Positions 59,401 to 64,000 of a DNA stretch of 64,000 nucleotides are shown here, piece by piece. The stretch is taken from contig OZ116710.1 in NCBI GenBank assembly GCA_964199315.1, positions 5,146,001 to 5,210,000 on the forward strand. The letters are read 5' to 3'. A model generated the notes under the pieces. That model was given only the letters and a program-made list of their open reading frames with translations, made no database searches and was not told the DNA's origin. Both the position numbers and the translations under genes were made by a program. Numbering within the stretch: the first letter of the stretch is position 1; every line of letters starts with the position of its first letter. The DNA comes from Orbicella franksi. Lineage: Eukaryota.

Positions 59401-61921
59401 TCGGGTGGCTGCTTGTGACATCATCAACCCACAGGAAACGAAGATAGTCACGATCTTTGGGGTGAACTGAAACATTTAGAAAAGCTTTCTCAATGTCTCC
59501 TATGAGGGCTGTCTTGTGAGCCCGGAACCTCAGGAGGATGTCATAGATGAGGGGAGATAGTGGTGGACCAGCATACAAACAGTCATTGAGACTTGATGTG
59601 TTCTTTCCTGATCGTGCACTGGCATCATAAACAATACGAAGTTTTGTGGTGTCCTTGTCCACGCGAATCACTTCATGATGAGGAATGTAATGTACTTTTC
59701 CCACACCATTGTTGACACCTTGATCCACAGGTTCCACAATTCCTTGTTGTTGCTGATCTTGGATGACATCATCATAGTGCTTTAACATCTCGGGCTTTAA
59801 TTTCAGACGTTTCAGTAGTGAGACCAACCTTGATTTGCACAAAGCAAAATTATCTGGAAGCAGCTCATGGTCCTCTTTGAAAGGTAGCTGTACTTGATAT
59901 CTTCCTTCAGTGAATTCAACTTCGCTAACAAATTTGTCATACAGAGACGAACCTTTATCTCGAATGCCAAGTGACTCATAGTCCCAGAATTTTCCAAGTT
60001 CAGAGGCAAGTTCATCTTGACCGACGACACTTGCTTCCACTTTCAGTACATGCGTCGCAGTAAGATTCACAGTGTTACCATTGTCACGGTTAGACACAAT
60101 CATAGTGGGTCCGGAGAGGACATATCCTAGCTTTGTAGCAAGAGCAACAGGTTCCCACGGTGCACCTCTCACAATAGTACCTTCGACCAATGACCAATAA
60201 TAATCAGCACCAATGAGAATGCTGATGGGCAAATCTCTGCCGCCACACCTGTCGGCTAAACTGAGGTCATGCAGATGTTCGTAGCTAGACTGAGCAAGCT
60301 CTGTGGGTTGTTGGGTCAGAGGGCCACATATGACTGGCACCACATAGGCTTGAATGTACACAATTGCATCGCATCTGGTTTTGATACCCACTTGAACAAT
60401 TTCACATGTTCGTAGCCTGGCGTCAGACTCACCAAAGGTTTTGATTAGAAGTGACTCTCTACCAATTACTGATAACCCCAGTTTGTCTTTAAGGTCCTTA
60501 GTCATGTATGATCGCTGACTGCATGAGTCAAAAACCAGACGAACACTTAGTGGAAAACTGTCATTATCCGGACGCACAACTTCAGCGGTTGCGGTTTGCA
60601 ACAACACCGACCCTCTAGACTGATCCACATACATACTAGTAGAGACACTGGCCACATGTTCTCGATCTTGCCCACCCAGGGTTGGATCAGGGTTACCACA
60701 AATTGCTACATGATGGGCACCTTGACATTTAAGACACTTCATAGGTGCTTGACAGTTACGTGCCAAATGTCCTTGCTTGAGACAGAGAAAACACTTGCCC
60801 TTCCTTTTAAGAACTTCCCTTCTAGATTCAATACTTGTGACAACATTACATTTAGAGCTCTGATGATTTTGATTACAGAATGAGCACCAAACACGAGGAG
60901 ACTGTTTATTCTCAGAACTGTCAGTGTACAAAGCTGATGTAGAAAATGGCGACTCACCTCTCTGATGTGAAGGCCTGGAATCCTTGTTATTGACAAGACA
61001 TTGTTCTCTCAGTTGCAGTTCCTTGTGAAATTCACCCAAAATATCTTTCAGATTCCATGTCTCCGATTCCAAATTTCGTGTGATAGCGATCCGAAATTCC
61101 TCCGGTAATTTCTGCATAACGATTGGTGTCAAGAAGCAACCATACATTTCAGATGAGATTTCCATACTTTCCAATCCACGAACATGAGATTCCACTGTGT
61201 CGTACAAGCTTCGGAGTTTCTTTACTTCGCTTATCGATTCCACCTTGGGGAGTTTAGTGAGCACTTCCATGTGGCTGGAGATCACTATCTGTCGATTTCC
61301 GAATCTTTGTTTAAGCAGTCCAACTGCCTTTTCGTAGTTTGCACTCGTCAGGGCCAGACCAGCGATCGTACTACGCGCGGTGCCAGTAAGAAGTGACTGC
61401 AAATAATTGAATTTATCCACTGAAGACAAATTTGGGTTCTTATGAACCGCAGACTCGAAAGATTCCCAAAAGGGATACCAGTGTATGGGATTTCCGTGAA
61501 ACTTCTTAAGCTCGAGCTTCGGCAACTTTGCCTTCGAAACGTGATCTTGAGAAGTTCCCGCGCTTTCGGAAGGAGGAAGTTGCGCCACAGAAGGGAATTC
61601 CTGACTCTTACCCTGCATTTCTTGAGCTTCCAAAACAGATTCTAACTCAACAATACACTCCTGAATGGAACTCATTATCTCACAGCTCTCAGAGACTTCG
61701 GTATCGATGGTTTTTACGTCGTCCACCAGCTCCACAATTTCGCGGTCGAGCGATTGAAGCTCCGACATTTTCGTTTCAAGGGCGGTTCGAAGAAATTTCA
61801 GCCTTTTCACTTCGATGGAATTGCCTTCAGAGATTAGCCCTTTGGCTTGTTCGATAGTTTTCTGGACGAACTTTCGGTGACCATCGCGAAATTTTTTCAA
61901 ATTCCTCAATTTCGGCGGCAT
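56465..61921 (-). CDS. BEL/Pao gag-pol polyprotein (1818 aa): gag, Zn knuckles, protease, RT, RNase H, integrase
   Basis: KLPKLELKKFHG (Pao gag), CFLCLKQGHLARNC, FDSCSQRSY (protease), DIEKAF...LYVDD (RT), FADASEKAYG (RNase H), HNGVRDT...CSVC, VDFAGP...SENG...FFERLV (integrase). Order PR-RT-RH-IN; no env. Confidence 0.97.
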   Translation of the reverse strand: MPPKLRNLKKFRDGHRKFVQKTIEQAKGLISEGNSIEVKRLKFLRTALETKMSELQSLDREIVELVDDVKTIDTEVSESCEIMSSIQECIVELESVLEAQEMQGKSQEFPSVAQLPPSESAGTSQDHVSKAKLPKLELKKFHGNPIHWYPFWESFESAVHKNPNLSSVDKFNYLQSLLTGTARSTIAGLALTSANYEKAVGLLKQRFGNRQIVISSHMEVLTKLPKVESISEVKKLRSLYDTVESHVRGLESMEISSEMYGCFLTPIVMQKLPEEFRIAITRNLESETWNLKDILGEFHKELQLREQCLVNNKDSRPSHQRGESPFSTSALYTDSSENKQSPRVWCSFCNQNHQSSKCNVVTSIESRREVLKRKGKCFLCLKQGHLARNCQAPMKCLKCQGAHHVAICGNPDPTLGGQDREHVASVSTSMYVDQSRGSVLLQTATAEVVRPDNDSFPLSVRLVFDSCSQRSYMTKDLKDKLGLSVIGRESLLIKTFGESDARLRTCEIVQVGIKTRCDAIVYIQAYVVPVICGPLTQQPTELAQSSYEHLHDLSLADRCGGRDLPISILIGADYYWSLVEGTIVRGAPWEPVALATKLGYVLSGPTMIVSNRDNGNTVNLTATHVLKVEASVVGQDELASELGKFWDYESLGIRDKGSSLYDKFVSEVEFTEGRYQVQLPFKEDHELLPDNFALCKSRLVSLLKRLKLKPEMLKHYDDVIQDQQQQGIVEPVDQGVNNGVGKVHYIPHHEVIRVDKDTTKLRIVYDASARSGKNTSSLNDCLYAGPPLSPLIYDILLRFRAHKTALIGDIEKAFLNVSVHPKDRDYLRFLWVDDVTSSHPNLQVYRFARVAFGVSASPFLLNATIRHHLTSADIPKEFAERVLKSLYVDDFVGGDDSDNSVFEMYENLKSSFKSGGFNMRKWVSNSEALQERIEQSESQSSQVTSKSVKEHPVQEEDQTFSTSLFETSKNPSTAKLKVLGVGWDRRNDLLLLDLASPLETSNTCPVTKRAILGTTSKLYDPLGLISPVIILLKIIFQSICKTRVGWDDPVDSFIHEQWLKLVQDAKKVGVVEVRRHYHLGLSLGDLQSIQLHGFADASEKAYGAVVYLRLETTTGTVFTQLLSSKTRVAPINGETIPRLELLGALVLARLVNTVLTAFDGALEVDAVFFWSDSQIVLWWIWGVNREFKQFIQNRVVEIRRLTKPTQWNYCPTESNPADICSRGTMTSKLITNQLWWSGPEFLRKEKQWWPSLAMNSAEVTSDDSDPCLELKKGSCNSHTKQHDGTVLANIASGEVTSERSLNLDCIIPLERFSSLQRLVRVTAYVVRFVSNLKQSKMKKRLVDGVIRHEEVDCARELWIKEVQKSVYNNKNFDQVKISLSLFSDDKGILRCGGRLKNAPIPYDARFPIFLPRCSRLTYLVINDCHLKVLHNGVRDTLTELRSRFWVTKGRQAVKTAIGKCSVCKKLEGRSYAVPPPPPLPEFRLSDDFAFTRVGVDFAGPMYVKDVFSKNGDLNKVYIALFTCAATRAVHLEIVPNLSAESFIRALTRFKGRRGIPVLIVSENGKTFKDSRVQAYCQCDGTQWRFNVEAAPWWGGFFERLVKSVKLSLKKVIRNARLNYDELSTVLVEVEAALNSRPLTYVFDEMEEPLTPSHLIVGRRILSVPSKNSSNEVDQTEGTLTRRAKFLQRTLDHFWNRWKSEYLTQLREYHRYSKRANSVRKVQVGDIVCLHENKTPRQQWRLGKIERLLPGRDGHVRSAVVRVKSGNSPTAEWRRPLQRLYPLEVRLDNGTANPVPRVANVPVTVVRDEDVPVVVVNSD

Positions 61922-62016
61922 AATTGGTCGCCCACGTGCTTTCAGCTAGTGCAGCTTTGACTTCACAACAGCTTCCTTTGAGACGTTCTTCACAACGCTA
62001 GAATCCCAGTTTCAAT

Positions 62017-62034
62017 TCCCGGGTCTCGGCACCA
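62017..62034 (-). other. Primer-binding site, tRNA-Phe type
   Basis: TGGTGCCGAGACCCGGGA, 2 nt inside the 5' LTR, complementary to ...UCCCGGGUCUCGGCACCA. The vertebrate tRNA-Phe 3' end is UCCCGGGUUUCGGCACCA (1 difference). Confidence 0.85.
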
Positions 62035-62036
62035 AA

Positions 62037-62221
62037 TGTAGAAAACGTATTCAAACGACACTTTCGTAGATAAAGACTCTATTCAAAGACAAAAAAACTC
62101 CAGAATACAATTCAAGAACAACGACTTCGCATTAGTTTTGCATTCGTTCCCTTTCAGTTCAGTGTTCGAGGGGGGTCAAATCGTGTAAGTCACGTGACAA
62201 GCTCGGTCCTAGTTTTCAACA
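62037..62221 (-). repeat. 5' LTR of the BEL/Pao element
   Basis: See 3' LTR; contains a CACGTG E-box. Confidence 0.97.
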
Positions 62222-63553
62222 GAGTGATCTCACCGCCTGTAAAGCTAAAGAGAATAACTCTCTTAAAGCCAAATGCAATAAAATTCGGTTAACGTCGAGC
62301 GAAACGAGCGAAAATATCCCTTGGGAGAATATTTCAGACTCAATATGTTGTTTTGGGGTTGTAAAAGAAAGTCTGAAGGTGTATTTTCTTCATGTACCGT
62401 GCTGTCAAGTCGTCATCAAATGGCCTGCAGTTTTATCCCATGGCGCAGGAATAAACGGCATAGAAAATGCAATTCTTGTAAGCCGCACAAGATCTTACAA
62501 CTACCGTACATGTTATTCAAGATAACAAGATAAGAAGACTCTGGCGTAACATATCTTACATGGCTGAGCTATTCACAAAATCCACGTCAGTTTCCTTTTT
62601 CATCAGCTTAGCCCGGCAATTATAACATTTTAATCGTATATGTACGCTATTTCGCCGTAATCCTCTTTAGTCTCTGTTATTCCTAGACATGTCTGCAGAC
62701 GTTAAGGCAGATTATGTGGTTGATAAAAGTTGTAACAAACAAATGATTGTGACTCAGGAATCCGGTACGCGTAAAAGGGTATTATTTTTGTTATTCAGTC
62801 GACTGCTTGTTTAGCGAGGTAGGGATCAACCTATGAGTTTGCCCTGTGTCAAGCTGTTTTCCGAAATGTGTAGCGTTTGACGCTAAAAAAAACAAAACAA
62901 AAAATCGACCGAGCAGGCCGAAACTGATCAGGTTGTTATGGGGTATCAGTCTATCGCATTGGCAATAAGACGTTAAAAATAATCAGTTCCCCCTCACAAA
63001 TATATATTTTAAAAAAACTGCTTATATATATGAAATCGGTCTTTCTGAAATATTATAAGATAACTGAAACTATACTTTCGTTTTCTCTGCTATGTGCGTA
63101 CACTTTTCCATATAACCTTCAACTCTTGTCTGCTTTAGATTGTTTTAGAATGATATTCGGGCACAACCATGACTGATGAAAAGGATTAGGAACTAGTTGA
63201 GTTTCTGCAGTTGAGCCTGGATGAAATTGAAGATTTTTAAAACTGTTTAGCTCTCGACCAATCAGGTACGATTGTTTACAGTGGCAGTAAACCTGGATTT
63301 TGTGATCAAACCAATCTTTGATTTCGATCAGAACAATCTAAGTTCGAGAGTGGTTTGTTAAGATTGGTGACTGAACTGACTTCAACCGCGATCCCAGGCC
63401 CTCTCTTTTATGCCTCACTTGTCGTTGAGGAAAGTGGCTGGTCAAGTGACCACCTGTGACACAAATGTTTCCATCAAGATAGAATCAACCAATCGTTTCT
63501 GACGATCTCAAACGCGCTGGCTATGAACTACAAACGGACAGGTACACCATTTA

Positions 63554-63742
63554 CAGTCAAACCAAGTGAAGCGTACCCCTCCGCAAGGTACTCAAAATTA
63601 CAATAATGCCTTTGCCTTGAATCAGTCTGGGCTTAAATATTGAACCTGTGAGTCCTTCCAAGAATACAGCTAACGGGTTCAATTTTCAAATAATCAATTC
63701 ATTAATGTAATATTGAGGGGTACGCTTCACTTGGTTTGACCG
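63554..63742. mobile_element. Tc1/mariner-like MITE (about 190 bp)
   Basis: TA|CAGTCAAACCAAGTGAAGCGTACCCCTC...GAGGGGTACGCTTCACTTGGTTTGACCG: 26-bp perfect internal TIR match. Confidence 0.8.
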
Positions 63743-63940
63743 TTAGAACTCCGGTCATATTCTAAGTTTCACAAAGGGGAAACGAAATATGTATTTATCC
63801 AGCGTGCCAAAGTATATCACTGATTTCATTTCCAGCTGGTGGATTTACTGATAATCGAAACTGTTTCGTTTTTTTATGTTGCCTCGAACGTCTCACACTT
63901 GTACAAACATTGTTAGCAGTAGCTATATAAAGTGACGTTT

Positions 63941-63978
63941 ATGATATGTTGCAAATTTTTCAATTTGCAACATATCAT
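63941..63978. repeat. Perfect 17-bp inverted repeat with a 4-nt spacer
   Basis: atgatatgttgcaaatt-tttc-aatttgcaacatatcat. Confidence 0.9.
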
Positions 63979-64000
63979 TTTTTGAGTATGCCAAAAAATC

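Larger units (their letters stand above)
56169..62221 (-). mobile_element. Full-length BEL/Pao LTR retrotransposon (6053 bp)
   Basis: Two 185-bp LTRs with TG...CA ends, 5-bp TSD GAGTG (56164-56168 and 62222-62226), PBS, PPT and a single gag-pol ORF. Confidence 0.97.

Noticed and set aside
60505-60530. BEL protease motif DSCS instead of DSGS as an inactivating change
   Set aside because: The catalytic Asp is present and this position varies among BEL proteases as I recall; not decisive without a family alignment.
56641-61857. Several short ORFs on other frames or the + strand within the BEL element
   Set aside because: Shadows of the long gag-pol ORF; no env-like or other independent domain seen.
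1-64000. Prokaryotic or viral system (operon, defence island, endogenous herpesvirus)
   Set aside because: The window has spliceosomal introns, SINEs and MITEs throughout. The herpes-like protease is a lone domain within transposon-type ends, with no capsid, polymerase or terminase genes.

Overview
Eukaryotic genomic DNA, not prokaryotic. It is AT-rich, spliced and rich in transposable elements; the repeat families and protein style suggest an anthozoan, probably a stony coral (inference). Left to right: (1) two 5' coding exons of a minus-strand secreted/membrane Ser/Thr-rich (mucin-like) gene running off the left edge; (2) a frameshifted Penelope-like retroelement (RT + GIY-YIG) with a minimal hammerhead ribozyme at its 3' end; (3) two intronless C1GALT1-like (core-1 T-synthase) paralogs; (4) between them, a 3.3-kb Helitron2/Helentron-like element whose decayed ORF encodes a 2A-like ribosome-skipping motif (DIEKNPGP) followed by a herpesvirus-tegument-like cysteine protease domain, then a 1.4-kb TIR element; (5) tRNA-Asp(GTC); (6) an intronless F-box gene with an unusual C-terminal domain, head-to-head with (7) a complete 42-exon MROH1 gene (1652 aa by my exon sum) that has one U12-type intron and one GC-AG intron; (8) a repeat-rich intergenic region; (9) a young full-length BEL/Pao LTR retrotransposon (185-bp LTRs differing at 2 positions, GAGTG target duplication, tRNA-Phe PBS). 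All coordinates were read by hand; family assignments come from motif recognition, and no database searches were run.
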